Below, in pieces: positions 26,411-41,045 of a stretch of 64,000 nt of DNA. The first letter of the stretch is position 1, and each line of letters opens with the position of its first letter. Under the pieces are notes generated by a model. It was not told the origin of the DNA, searched no databases, and saw only the letters and a list, made by a program, of their open reading frames with translations. Made by a program: the position numbers and the translations under genes. The DNA lies in the NCBI RefSeq assembly GCF_001194135.2, contig NC_068990.1, positions 54,151,898-54,215,897 on the forward strand. Reading direction: 5' to 3'. This DNA is from Octopus bimaculoides (taxonomy: Eukaryota).

Positions 26411-29400
26411 GCCATTAATGTAACATCTGTTACCCAGCACAATACTACAATTAGAAAATAATTGCCCAAGGTACCACATACGAGTCACACCAAGAAGCAA
26501 ACTTCTTGATCATAACGTTATTCTTGCATTAATGTTTAAATTAGCAAAGATAATTCTATTCACTTTTATTAAGATACCAAATTAGAAATATTTGGTTGAA
26601 GAGAATAAATCTTACAGCAATTACTAATTCTATCCTTTTTGATGCCAACCAGCCTGAGACTGCCCTGAGTTCTATGATACAAACTTCTTGCTTTCAAGTG
26701 AAAAATCTTACACCAAAATTGCATGTTCCAAACACAAGCTTAATAATGACAAAGTGATATTACTAAATCCCTCATTGTTTTTAAAATTAATTGTATATAC
26801 CAACAGAAATATAGTAACAACAGGGTTAAATGCCTCCTCTTCCAGCTCTTAACTATTTCTTTCAATATATGTGGTTATTATTATATCTGACAATTAATCA
26901 GATCACAGTATGAAATACAAGCTTGCCCTTAACAATCTAAGGATAATCTTGGACATCATAAAAACATTGGAAACTATAAAATATATTTTAAAGCATTATA
27001 TAAATGTGATGACAAAATGTTGGATTTAACACTCCAAGTTTTCATATTTTAATTATGTTCATGCAGGTATTGGTCCAAGCAGAGGACTTAATAAAACTAA
27101 AACACAATTTTTCAATCAATACATTTTTCTAGTATATGCAGTACAATTCCTAAGAAGACTGCACATGTATAATAGACTGATAAACATTAGCATTATTTCA
27201 CTACAAAAAATAATGTCCCCCAAATTTTAAGCCTTCTGCCTATAGTAGAAAAAATTATTACTATTAAGATGGCAAGCTGGCAGAATTGTTAACATGCTGG
27301 GCAAAATGCCTGGAGGCATATCATCCATCTTTATGTTCTGAGTTCGAATTGCACCAAAGTCAACTTTGCTTTCATCCTTTTAGGGTCAATAAAATAAGTA
27401 CCAATCAAACACTGGTGTCAATGTAATCAACTAGACCCCTCCCCAAAAATTTCAGGCCTTGTGCCTGTTGTAGAAAAGACTATAATTATTATAACAGCTA
27501 AGTATCAGCAGATTTTTTTAGCCTCCCTTTGTTCCAGAATATCAATAACAAATATTACATCACTTTCATAGTTTACAATTAGACCTACATTAGACTGACC
27601 CAACAGATCTCTGATAAATGTACATGAAGAACAAGGAACAAACATAATGGTACACAAAAACAAATCACTCATGTTACTCAACCATTCCTGCTTTCAAGAG
27701 GTTTGGTTGAGGGTATCTAACTATAAAACACCACTACGATTGAATTAATCCAAATGTTTCAGGAGGAAATTGCAACTTAGGTAATATTCTGAAAGAAATG
27801 TATCATAGATATTTCCTTGAATATTTCAGTGTTCCCCAAAATTCTGTGAAAAAATATTGGGATTTACCAACTGTCTTTTATAATTTAAAAAATATTTTAT
27901 AATAAAATGATATTTACCATTTCTCAAATATTAAGTTATTTTATATTGTTGCTTTTTTTATATGTATTAATTCTTTCTGTCAAAAAAGAATATGTATTAA
28001 TTCTTTCTTTGAATGTCTCATTAAAACAAAGGTGGTGGCAGGTAGTCTGTAAACTATAGATATGGGTTCCATCTGTTCAAAATATCATATACACATTCCA
28101 TGATAAAATAAGTTTAGGAATCAGAGCACAATAATTCAGTCAGAGTCAGCACTATTAATTTATTGTCAGTCATTTTCATCACATTTTGTTGTCAACAAGA
28201 AATTTTCTGGAATTTTGTTTTATGCAATAACAATTATACAGTAAAAGAATTTGTGATTCATGTAGAATGAATAGAAATGGCACCAACCATTTCAAGATGT
28301 CATTAAAACTTTCAAAAGTGATTGGCATGTTGGTAATGAACCAACCAGAGAAGGACTCCAGTTATTATTTGTATTGTTATTAACTGAACAATGCAAATTC
28401 ATTGCTTTTATTTTTACATTAAACCATCATGTTAATTTGAGTGAGATGAAGGCTCGGTTGTGTAAATTTCCATAAATCCAAGAAAAATGGCCAGGCAAAT
28501 GGTGTTTAAATCTAGATGATAGCCTTCCTACAGTTCTAACAATTCGACTGTAAAATGGAATTGAGAAGTTGGCAAACAAAGTATACTTTGTTCCCTGTGA
28601 GCACAGTGGAAAGGCTGTAACAAAGTACAAATGTATTTATAAGCCACTATTTCAACTGTGTGAAAAATAATGGTGCAACAGACATAGCTTGGCTCAGATC
28701 TATAGTTACACATTCACATCTTGACACAATAACATCACGTCAATTTTGACAATATGTGTGTGTGTGTGTGTGTTATTGTTATTAAGTTAGTACATGCTAA
28801 TTTAATTAGTAGGAATTTTATCTAGAGGTTTGGTGACAACAAGTCCCCTCAAATCTCAAGAATCATCCTTGGGAATCTGGCAGAATATAAGACTGTTTTC
28901 CTGCATGTTGATAATCCAAGTTTCAATTCCAATCTCTTTCAATCTTTTAGGTAGCAATTTTGGTGTTTGTGTCAAGTGCATCAGTTACCACAAGAATAAT
29001 TGTTATCTTAGTTTCCAACAGTCTCTTCAGCTTTAGCTACATCCTGATATTTCTCAAGTTTTTCAATTTCTTTGATATCAACTGCTATCATAGGGAATTG
29101 CAAAATATGATCTTACACTGTTTATTTTGTCTTCTATAATCATATCTAGTTTTGTTTCAATAATATGGTCAGATCCTGTAATTCTCATTTTCTATCACAG
29201 CTGCTAGTTCGTGTTCAAACAAAGTTCCTGTTATTTTGAAGCCACACACTCAACTAACATCTCAATGCACAATCATGTCTGTGCTTATACACACCCACCC
29301 CTTCTGTACTAGCATACTGCACTCGCTCAAGAAGTGACTGATACTTTTGTCACCTTTCCTGCAGATTCTACATTTACTGTCTAGGTTTTGTCAATCTGTT

Positions 29401-29714
29401 CTATTGGCTTGTTTCTGAGGAGCTATAATTAGTGTTTTGGGCTCTCATTTCAAGACCCCATCCATCAACTAGAGACAAACTGGGTTTGTTGCATGAAATG
29501 GCCATGTAATTACATTTCTTTGTTTGCTTAATCTGTTGTTCTTCCTTTTTTGTGTTTGAATTCTCCAACTATTTCAGCCACTTTATGGGTATCTGGCTGC
29601 TAACAGTATTCTTACTTTACTCTGCACAACACAATTTTTCAAACCCAATATAACTGTATTAATAATTTTTTCTGCATTCATTAATTTTCTACCATCTTTT
29701 TTCTTAGTAGTTAC

Positions 29715-29756
<42 letters not shown>

Positions 29757-30349
29757 GGTGAGCTGGCACATTGGACAAAATGCTTAGTGTTATTCTTCTA
29801 TTTTTCATCCATTTGGGGTTGATAAAAGTACCAGCCAAGTACTGGGGGTTAATGTAATTGACTTACCCCTTCCCCTCTAAAATTGCTGGCCTTGTAGCAA
29901 AATTTGAGAGTAATATAATTATTAATCAGTAGAAGTTACAAAGTGATTCAGGAGCAAAAGTTTTGTGCATGACACATGGATTAAGTGCCATACAGGAAAC
30001 TCTTTGTAACTTCTGCCAATAAAAATAATAAAACATACAGTATTACATTGCGTTCTATCAGTTTTGTTGGTGTGTGTGTGTGCATGCGTGGTTGTGCCTG
30101 TTTTTTTTTTTTCAGATAGAGGCATGAGAAAAATTGCACAACTAAACTAGAGACTCTTTTACTGGTTCCAGGCACTGTGCTCTGGTTATACTGCAGCACT
30201 GTCATCAAACTGTTCAAATTGTGAGATGCCAACTTTACCATGCAACAGACTAGACTGATAACATATTCATGGTGGTGGGCCTGCATCTTATTTGCTAATG
30301 TTTAGGAAACTAATTCCATGCCAAAGGATTGGTAGGAGGAGATTTTCAT

Positions 30350-31510
30350 TGAAATCACCATTTAATGTCTGTTTTCCATGCCGGCATGGGTTGGATGGTT
30401 TGACAGGAGCTACTAAGGCAAGGGGTCACACCAGGCTCCATTGTCTGTTTACGCATGTTTCTATGGCTGGATTGCCTTCTTAATGCCAACCACTGTACAG
30501 AGTGTACTGGGTGCTTTCTACATGGCATCATCACTGGTACTTTTTACATGACACCAGTGCTGACAATCTTGTCAGGTACCCCCTGCCCCCAGATGGGAGG
30601 GGGGCTTTGTGCCAGTTGATGAAAGATTAATAGTATAGAGGGACAGGGGTAGGTGTTCTGCTGTAGATTAGATACATGAATACTCCAGTTGAAAAAAAAA
30701 AAGAGGACAAGTTAGAGGGTAAGATAAAGAGAGCAAAAGTGAGAGAGCCGGTGGTGAAGATGTGTTGGGACATACCCTCGAGGGGCACTGGGTGGTGAGA
30801 ATAAGTGGGGTGAAGCAGAGGTTTGGATTGATTGGGTGGGTAGGGTAGGGGCAACTGAGGCAAATGAGGGAGTGAAATATAGGAGAGGCTCAGGAGTGGG
30901 GATTGTAGTAGGTATATGGGGGCATTGAAGGTAATAGCAGATAAGCAAGGTATTAAAGATGGAGATCAACACAGGGGAGAGAAGACACAAATAAGCATTA
31001 GCCAAGGTGGTTTAGGATATCAATTCTGCTGTGGTGGACAGGTCTTCGTAAGTACAGCAAAGTGCCAAAGACCTCAATCGTTTGTCATCTCCTTTGTAAA
31101 ACTCAGTGTCTTCAGATCAGCCTTCATCCCATGTCTTCCTGGGTCTCCCTCTTCCACTTTTAAGTCAACGACACTTCTTTATATAAACATTTACATCACA
31201 TGACCAAACTAGCAGTCTTCTCTCTTGTACACTGCATATAATTCCTCTTATGCATAACTTTTCTCTCAATACACTGGTGCTCTGTCACACACATTCACTG
31301 ACATTGCATATCCAGTGCATTCAAGGCCCACATCTCACTACCATGTAGCATTGCTGTTCATATACATACATCATAGAATTTTCCTTTAACTTGGAGAGAG
31401 AGCCCGTTGGTTGCCAACAGAGGTAAAAGCTTCCAGAATTTTCTCCATCCTATTCTTATTCTAATGATTACACTTTCTGTAGATCCTCATGCAATTATCA
31501 TCTCTAAAAC
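30350..31510 (-). mobile_element. Older RTE LINE 3' end
   Basis: Same tail and body segments as 6840-8060 (ccatgtcttcctgggtctccctcttccac; ttttctctcaatacact). Confidence 0.7.
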
Positions 31511-34253
31511 AGAATAAAATTCCATTCCCTAGGAGAGAACTTACACATATTTATGGCCTTGTCAAATAAAAAAAATAGTAATAAAGAAATAAAATAAAAT
31601 CAAAAGCATCCAATAATTGAAGAAATAAAACAAAATTGTTGAAATAATTTCAGTTTGGATTAGTTTCAGACATTGCATTACAATTGTCCATTATTTTCAG
31701 TGGAAGTATCTAAAAAGTTTCCTCAAGTGAGCAAACTATGAAGTTACATCGGAATACTGTATTGGACGATAGTCTAAACTCAGGTAATTACTGTCTGGCT
31801 GTCAAATATGTACTATTATGTAAAAGAGTTGAGCATAGATCAAGGCTTGTTTACATTTAATAGTCTTCAACTACTACTATGGCTCAGAATCTTGGAAAGG
31901 AGAGTTAAGTGGATTGTGAACAAGTTGTTAAGTAACAATGAAATGAATTAATTCAATCCTAATCTTAAGCTGCTGAAAAGGCCACCATGGAACCTAATTT
32001 CACCACTAGACTAAATACATTTAGATGTGATTCCTTATATATTCAACAATAGTTGACAATACTTTGAGTAATGTTAAGGTAAAGGAAAACAACCAAAAAA
32101 ATTCTGATGGTGCTAACTGGTTGCAACCAACAACTAAACACTAACTGCTTTTTTTTGTACTGACAGAAATAATCATCTCTCCAGAATTTCATACAACAAT
32201 AAACAGTCTGGTTCCAAGTTAAAATAATGTCTACAAAACTGGGCAAGAATAAGAATAAACAAAGAGAATTAGGAAGCAAGTCAGAATAATTTACATAAAA
32301 AAATACTGGATTTCAAAGAGTTGTCACTTTAATATTGAGATATTTTAAAGTGTGATGAAGACAAATAGTTAAATGAAAGGCTTTGATTAAAACATTACTA
32401 TATAAAGATGCAGACAGTAGCCAACCAGTTAACTAGACCATGAAAACAGGCAGAGACAGACTAGTAGACAGAGAGTAAACAAGGCTTGGCAGATAGAAAA
32501 ACTGGATATGGTCAAGAGCTGTTGGCTCATTTAGTGGTGAGTTTACTGCATGTTGCTTTAAATAGTGAGTCATGAATCTGACCAATACATCTAATGCTAC
32601 TTGAGCTTCCACAGATGAGTAAGTGACTTATTGTGGTATTTTATATTGGATCACACAAGCAGAGCTTGCTATTTCCTAAATAGCACATCCAGACAAGAAG
32701 GAAGTCATTACATCCACAAAACACAATAAACTTGAGGATTTATTAAAATCCCACTGCAAGTAATACTCCAGGTCTCTAAAGATAAAAACCACTTTAATCC
32801 AACCCAAGTTAACTGTGGATTCTTCAAGATCGCATCTGATAAGTAACATGGTTTGCTGACACACAAACTCTAATATCAGGCAATACTTATTTCTCAATTA
32901 GTTCAATTGAAACAAGTACTGAACTGATTATAAACCACTGTATGTGGGGGAAGGAGGGGAGTGTAATCAAGAGACAAACACTTTAAACATTCAGCCTTTA
33001 GGTCTTAATGTCATCATCATTATCATTGCTTTCATGTCTTCTTTTCCATGCTTGCATGAATTCAGACAGAATTTATTGAGGTAAATCTTCTGCAGCCAGA
33101 TGCCCTCCCATTGCTAATCCTCACCCATTTGCAGGTAAGTGATATTTCTCATGGCCAGACATGCTTTTGTAGAATATTAGAAATGAATGATACAGCTGGT
33201 ATGACAGTAACAATCAAAAGTATCACATGATACTAAGACAAGGACACTCACATGTGCATGTGTGATGCACGTCTTCCAGTCCTAAATCCATTTACAAGGA
33301 CATAGTTGGCCAGGGCTATAGTAGAAGACACATGCCTAAGGTGCCACTGTGTGGTACTTTGAAATCATGTGGTTGGAAAGCAAACTTTTTAACCACACAG
33401 CCACACCTACGCTTGCAGCTAAGAGAACATTTGTGTGTGTGTGTGTGTGTGTGTGTGTATTCCTACATCTGGTATATGTCTGTGGGAGAGAAAGAAACTT
33501 CCATAATATGCTGAGTTGTATGGAGATCACTTGAAGACTTAGAGAAAACTAGCTTTGCAAATCCTATTGTCCACCCCAAGGGGAATTAAAGATTTCAACT
33601 CAGCACTATAAGTTGCAGAAAAAAAGTAAAAAAACTTGTATAAGTATACAATGTTCTTGTTGTTCACAGATGTGTTTGAAGAATAGTGGAAATACACTCA
33701 GTATCTATCATCATCACTACCACCACCACCACCACCACCACATCTTCATCAACATATTGATGTCCACTTTTCCACATTTGCAGAGATCAGATAAAACTTG
33801 TTGAGACAGATTTTTCTACTGCAGATACTCTTTCTTGCACATCAACACAAAAGGAATACACATACATATGCTCCCCCACCCACCATACAATGAACCTATT
33901 TCTATCGACCACATTTCACTCACAAGACAATGGTCAATATGTACCAATAGTAAACGATAGCAGTGACCATGCAGTAGAAAAATGAACTCAGAACCACCTG
34001 GTACCAAGCAAACTTTGTAATTACATGACCAATGGATCTGAAACTATTGCATCTCACTGCAAGTAATACTCCATGTCTCTCAAGATAAGACCACTTTAAT
34101 CTTGCATTTAGAAATATGGAAGAGATTTCTTTAAATTAGAGTAGTTGTGTTTTAATCCAATTCTTTATCCATTGAAAGGAAACATAGATCATGTTGATTT
34201 CAGGGATGACCACTTAATTGCTCAATCAACAGAACCACCTATTTATTAAATCA

Positions 34254-34295
<42 letters not shown>

Positions 34296-34806
34296 TATTC
34301 CACTGACACTTTAATGTAATTGTGAGGGAGAATGAATGTGAAACAGTAATGACAATATATGAATTACAGGTACAATTCTTTTGTTGGGCTGTCTAATTTT
34401 TGTTTGCAAAGCTTGGTTTTGATGTGAAGCTATGGTAAAAACTCTTGCCCAAGAAATCAGATTGTAGGATCCAAACCCAGAACCTCATCATTGACAAAGA
34501 GACTTTTTAACTACTCGGCCTTGCCCGCAACTCTTAGGAGAATTTATACCACCAACAACCAGTTCTCATGATAAAGGACTGTGTAAGAAAGAGAAATGGT
34601 AAGAATATACGTGTGAAAATTAGGAAGAAGAGAATACAAGAAGGTATGTAAGAAAGAGTGAGATACGAAATGAGAAAAGCAAAACAAAATAGTGTGGGAA
34701 TTAATCTACATGTTCTCTTCTATTTATAAACTTACCCTTCCACATTTTCTTTTTCTAGTTACTGAAACAACAATAGTTAAATTTGGCTTGTTAAATGAAT
34801 ACTTAC

Positions 34807-35025
34807 CAGTGTGTTCAGCCCATTTTACAAACAAATTGGCATCATTTGGTGTCCAGTTTTGGCTAGAACCATGCTTCCAAGGAATGCGGAAGATTTTCTT
34901 CTTTTTATCAATCCAATGCAAGCCTGGAATGTCTCCAAGATTCAGAAGTCTGCTCAACCAGGGTCGCATACGTTCACGTTCCACAGGGCGTACTCCTCTC
35001 CGTTTAACAGCTGGTTTGGCAATCT
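34807..35025 (-). CDS. IRF1/2: IRF1/2-like transcription factor, coding exon for the N-terminal half of the IRF DNA-binding domain
   Basis: Translates ..IAKPAVKRRGVRPVERERMRPWLSRLLNLGDIPGLHWIDKKKKIFRIPWKHGSSQNWTPNDANLFVKWAEHTG, matching the IRF2 N-terminus (MPVERMRMRPWL..IPGLKW..IFQIPWMH..W..HTG). Acceptor ttatttgacttacag| at 35026; donor G|gtaagt at 34806; 219 nt, phase 1/1. Confidence 0.96.
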
Positions 35026-36959
35026 CTGTAAGTCAAATAAAAATTGTTTCAGAGATTGTTGTAAACATTCACTTCAGAGCTGCCTGTTTTTACATTCTCA
35101 TATAGAATGGACAAATGTTGAGACTAATCTTAACACACAAAGATGTATGGTAACAGCTACCAAAGTCTCATTCCTCTATAATTTATTCAGAGATATTCTA
35201 AATTTCCAAGTTCCAACCTACAAACATTCTACTCCCAACACTCAACAAACTCCCTTCCACCATCCCCACATCTAATGTCTGTCCACCTGAGCACTCAGGT
35301 TATGAAGTCAATCATTTCTCATGAATAAATCAAACATTTAAACTTTTGCTTCAGTTATCAAAGATCAGAAACTACTATACAGTCACTTGACCTGCTTGAA
35401 ATAGTAACTAAATCTCCCACTACTATCTTAAAAAGGAAAAGACACACATGGTCAGGGCCTACATTGATGACTCGCATCTAAACAACAGAAACTATCAATG
35501 TTAACAACTTGTTGTCATGGTGCCATTATAATAGGGTACCACTGCCTTGTCTTGTGTCAAGGCACAAACAAATTACAAATACTTTGAGGAAAAGATTATG
35601 ATTCTGCTGGAGATGGGAAATTCAAGATCTGTTAAGTGATTTCAAATTTTGATAAGGTTGTAACTTGTAAAGTCTAAAACATAGAACTGCAAATTCTTAA
35701 TGTTTGAATTGCAGGAGCTGAAACATGAATAAGAGAATGCAATAATTTAAGAGCCTGAAAAAAACCTAAAAACATGCCACATTTGCTGTAATTTTACATC
35801 AAAAAACCAATACAAATTCTTCTAACATGTTTTTAAAAAAATATCAGATTAAATGTCTTTATACAATCTATTGAAATCAAAACTTACACTGAAATGTTCT
35901 GAATTCCACTAATACATTTTAACCAAAGGAGGGCTAGAGGGAGATGAAATGGGTCACAGAGAAAGGAGAATAAGAAGAGCTAGAGGGAGAGAAAGTGGAG
36001 CCACAGAGGAAGGAGAGAAAGAGAGACTAGAAGGAAAGGAAGTGAGATCACAAGTGAAAGAATTCAATACACACAACTAAAGAGTTGTGAAGATTTGTTC
36101 AGCATAAAGTCCAATACTTAAGTCTCTGCCATCTGCAATCCCTTAGAATAACCAATAATAATAAAAGTCAAGAGATGCAGCACGGAATTTTGTCAGTGAA
36201 CAGGTCACGATCTCAAAGCAATGAAAATATTTTGGCAAATTAAATTTAAAAGTTGAAGTGAATCTAACGGTTTTTGTGTGTTTCTTAAATGGCTTATAAA
36301 CACTGCTTATAAACACTGCAATTGGTTTCGTTCCAGCACACAATCTCAGATCAGGTCACTAGCTATGCAAGTACATCTCCTTAATAAAAGTAATCCTTTC
36401 TACAATAGATACTCACTAGATGAAAGGCAAAGTTGACCTTGGCAGAATTTGAACTCAGAACAGAGACAGACAAAATGCCACTTACCATTTTGTCTGGTGT
36501 GCTACCAATTCTAAGCCAGCCCACTACCACCAATATTAATTGTTTCTAATTTTATCATAAGGGCAGAAAAAATTTTAAGAAGAGGTGGGGTTAGTTGATA
36601 TACCAACCTCACTGCTTAACTGATAAATTATTTTATCAACTGTGAAAGGGTGAAAGGCAAAACTGATTTCAGTGGGATTTTAACTTAGAATGGTAAGTGC
36701 CAGAAGAAATGCTGCTAAGCATGTGGCCTAATGTGCTAACAATCTTGCCAGCTTGCTGCCTTAATAATAATCCTTTCTACTAAAGGCACAGTGCCTGAAA
36801 TTTTGGGGGAGGGGACAGTCGATTAGATCAACTCCAGTGTTCAACTGGTACTTAATTTATCAACCCCCAAAGGATGAAACACGAAGTTGACGTCTGGAAT
36901 TTGAACTAAGATCGGAGCAACCAACAGTAATAATAACAGTTTCTTTACTAACCACAAGG

Positions 36960-38815
36960 GTGGTCCATTCACTCACAGCATTCTCCCCACTTTCATCCAC
37001 CTTCCAGAAACTGGCTAGAAGACAACACTTCCCTCTCTACCCTTATTTTCTTTTTCAAGTGAAATTTGAAGAAGTTCATCAGGGACTGGCCGAAGAGAAA
37101 AGTGTTTGTCTTCAGCCCTTTCAATCTCCTCCACCGTACAACTTCTTTCACCATGGCCACCAGGCATTTAAACACTTCCTTTCCTTCCTGGTTAAAGGAA
37201 AGTGGCAGGGCGATCTTCACGATGGATTATCCATCCCAGACGCGACATCAGGTGTTCGACATAAACCAACATAAACCCAGCAATGGTCAGACACTGGACA
37301 GGCACATGCAGGACTGTTTTGTCATCCTGCGCACATCTCAGACATGACTAGTTGACGGCACTTCTGTGCCTGTAAAGTTTATTTTGAACAGGCAAAGCTC
37401 CCCAGTAGCACTGCCAANNNNNNNNNNNNNNNNNNNNNNNNNNNNNNNNNNNNNNNNNNNNNNNNNNNNNNNNNNNNNNNNNNNNNNNNNNNNNNNNNNN
37501 NNNNNNNNNNNNNNNNNNNNNNNNNNNNNNNNNNNNNNNNNNNNNNNNNNNNNNNNNAGCGGCTAGCTGATCTTCGATGCCCAAGGTCTCCCCAAGAACG
37601 TCATCCCACTTTTCCTCCACTAATCTTTTACAAAAAGCTAAAGTGGATGTTCCACCTATCGCACCATCCAATTGGCTGAGGACTGAGTGCTTGAAGACAT
37701 TCCACTTTCCAAATGCTGCCCTTGGTCTGTTTTACTCAGGACTGCATTGTCACCACTATTATTTGATTTATACGAATTTTTGTCATCAGTTTTGGATTCA
37801 CCATTACCTTCGAGCCTATTTTTATTTTCATTTTGACTCTTCTGCTGTTGCTGCTGCTGATATTTCGTGCTATTCTGGTCTACCTTTATTTTGTGTCGTG
37901 ACAGTCAATGCATGTTCATTAAAGAAATACGTGTCTGGCAAACAGTGACCACACCTGTTCACTGTCAAGGAAGCACTGGAGATATCATAGCCTCAGTGCA
38001 TGTCTGAGCATCATCAACCCAGATCACCAAGAAGCAGGTGCTAACAGCAGATAGACTGCCTGAATATCAGGACATGTCCCTTCCACAAGAAGGAGAGTAT
38101 ATGCTCCAGCGTAATCAGACAATGGCCAAGACAAGGCATGACAGTCAAGCAATAATAGATGACCTCTGCTTGACCTTTCAGGGATAGCTTTTTCTCGGCC
38201 TGTTTCTGAGTGAAAGTAGTCACCCTGCTCACTACCTCATCCCAGCTTTTGTCCATCTGGAGGTCCAGACTAAACCAGACCCCAAGCAATTTAACTAATT
38301 CATCCATCCAGTGCCCAATAATGCAGTTGGACAGCATGGACTTGCTTCTCAAGGTGCTAAGCCCACTGATTTTTCCTGGTTAATTGTCACTCCTGAAACC
38401 ACCCCATAGTCCCTAAGAGCAGTGTCAATCATTTCTATGTGTTTAAGATCCGACACCACTATGGTGACGTCATTGGCATATGCCAATACACATCTCCCAC
38501 ATCCTAGGTCATGTGGGATGCCTCTCAATGCCTCCATTTTATGTAGTAGTGACTCAAGAGTTAGTACACACAAGAGACGAGAGTGGGCAACCTTGCTGGA
38601 CCGAGCACATAATGTTGAACAGCTCTGAGAGGTGAACATTCACTCTGACCACTGAACAGATGTCGCTGTGCATTGCAGCAATCCAGCCCCTGAATACAGG
38701 TCTGAAAACCAGCTGCCTTGAGGACTGCTGCCAGGTATAGATAGTCAACCCTATCAAAAGCTTTAGACTGATCTAAATTGATCAGAGTCCCATCTGTGCC
38801 AAGTTTTTTAGCCAC
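36960..38815 (-). mobile_element. Tx1/L1-clade non-LTR retrotransposon ORF2 fragment
   Basis: Broken frames LINLDQSKAFDRVDY, SVQQGCPLS, LAYANDVTIVV, VKLLGVWFSLDLQMDKSW..KLSLKG, and C-terminal VRWRRLKGLKT..FFKFHLKKKIRVERE. Confidence 0.8.
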
Positions 38816-38819
38816 TCTC

Positions 38820-39335
38820 TCAATTATGTATCACATGAGGTGGAGGTTGTCATGGATGGATCTCTACGGGGTGCCTCCCCTATTAGATTCCTGACAAGAA
38901 GTGATAACCTCGTAGCTAACACCTGGGCCAAAATTTTGAACTCTACTGAAACGCTTCCGAGAAGCAATCAAAGAAAAATGGCCGGGAATGCTCACCAGAG
39001 GAGTCCTTTTTCATCACAACAATGCTCCAGCCCACACCTCAGTAGTTGCCATGGCAACAATCCAGACATAGCCCCCTCTGACTTTCATCTATTCTCAAAA
39101 ATGAAAAAAGGCCTGGCTGGTCACCATTTTGCCAGTGACTATAACGTCATAGACGTGGTAGGAAGTTTCTTGGAGTCTCAAACAAAAGAGTTCCTCTATG
39201 CCGGGAAAATGGTGCTTCAGCACCGCTGGAGAAAGTGTTCAGCCATCAAGGGGGAATATGCTGAAAAATAAATCATCAGCAGTTTTGTACTATGTTTTAT
39301 TTTTTTGAGGCTCAAGACTTTTCATAAACCCCTCG
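38820..39335 (+). mobile_element. Mariner (DD34D) 3' fragment
   Basis: PDIAPSDFHLFSKMKKGLAG..LQHRWRKCSAIKGEYAEK*; ends ..ttcataaacccctcg|TA. Confidence 0.85.
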
Positions 39336-39359
39336 TATATTCAGAATCCATATTATAAA

Positions 39360-40740
39360 GGTCACCTACCTCTGTGGAAGCTATCAACTAATTCTAGCTT
39401 TCCAACCTGGCATTGGATGGAGTCTATTTTCTGCACATTTTAGTGTTTATTGTACTAGTGCACCTTCCACACACAAAAACTATTTTCCCTGTTAACCTTC
39501 CCCTGATATTGCTGCACCTCTTATGTGTCCATAGCTTACATTAGATACATCTTATGGAGTTTCTACTTATACCTTTTCTACAGGTCGAGCAGGGCCATCT
39601 ACCTGAAAGGATTTGTGATATGTTCGCTTTCCTACTTACTAAGACTTTGGTTTTTGCTAGATCAACTTTAAGGGCTTTTGATTCTAGACCTTGCTTCCAC
39701 ACCTGAAATTTCTTCTCTAGTTCTGGAAGTAATTCGGCTATCAGAAGGTCATCAGCATAGAGGAGCTCCCAGAGGTGTCCTGTCTTAAATTCCCCTGTTA
39801 TCGCCTGGAGAACTATGATGAACAAGAGGGGGGGAGCACTGAGAACTGATCTTTGGTGAACCCCTACTTCTACCTTGAATTCATCTCTATACTCATTGCC
39901 AACCTTTACCTTACTGACAGCATCCTTATACATGGCTTGTACAACTCTCACCAACCACTTGTCTATCCCTAGTTAAAGGCTTTCTCCATGTCAACAAAAG
40001 CCAAGTATAGAAGTTTTTTTTTGGCTAAGTACTTCTCCTACAGCTGTCTTACAAGAAATATAGCATCAGTGGTGCTTCTCTCTTGCACAAAACCAAACTG
40101 TATCTCATCTAGACTAATTCTCCTCCTAATTAGTTCAGTTATGACCCTCTCCGTAACTTTCATCACCTGATCCAACAATTTGATACCTCTGTAATTATTT
40201 CTGCCTAAGGTGTCACCGTTACCTTTGTAGCAGTTGACTATGATGCTACAACACCAGTCATAGGGTATGACTCCCTCATGTACAACCAGATTATCTATAC
40301 GGGTAACTAGATCATAACCCACACTGCCAGGTAACCAGACTGTCCATTTCCCATGAGTTCTCTACATTTAGCAGCCTTCCATAGTGGCACTTCCGAGCCT
40401 CCTTTTTTGCAGAGCCACTAACTGCAAGTGAACCCTCATCCATGCAAATAGACTTCTCTCCAACATCACAATTTCCCCTGGCACACTCTCTTGCAAAACA
40501 AAGCACTTCAAGCAGCTGGCCCTCACACTGCAAAACATTAGTAAACTTCTTCCTTTCTAGCTGCCTGATAAAGGTTTTGCAGCCACCACCCTTCCAGTTC
40601 TTCCAAGCCTGTTTCTTTGCTCTAATAGTCCTGTCAACTACATTGTACCACCACCATGTCACCTTAGGCCTGGTTGGGACTTTGCAACAGCCACAAATTT
40701 GGTCTGTGGCTCTCAGCAAATTGTTCCCCACCTCGTAGGA
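39360..40740 (-). mobile_element. RTE-clade LINE internal fragment
   Basis: NYRGIKLLDQVMKV..QFGFVQERSTTDAIFLVRQL; GVHQRSVLS..LLYADDL. Confidence 0.9.
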
Positions 40741-41001
40741 ACAAACACAAGACCTGAAATCTGGGAGAGGGTTAGTTGATTACATTGACCTAAGTGCTTG
40801 ACTTGTACTTTATTATAATGATCTCAGAAAGAGAAAGGCAAAGTCAACTAGCTGAGGGAGAAAACAGTTGACTTTATCAACCTCAACAGGTGACTGGTAC
40901 CTTTTTTTTATCAACCCCATAGAAGGATAAAAGGTTAAAGTCAACTGCTAATGAGAACAAATAAACACCACAACACATTCTGTTCTCTGCAACAAGAACA
41001 C

Positions 41002-41045
<44 letters not shown>

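Noticed and set aside
34692-35275. Plus-strand ORFs of 137 and 154 aa; likewise 15622-15981
   Set aside because: Antisense shadows of real IRF exons, with no recognisable domain or splice support.
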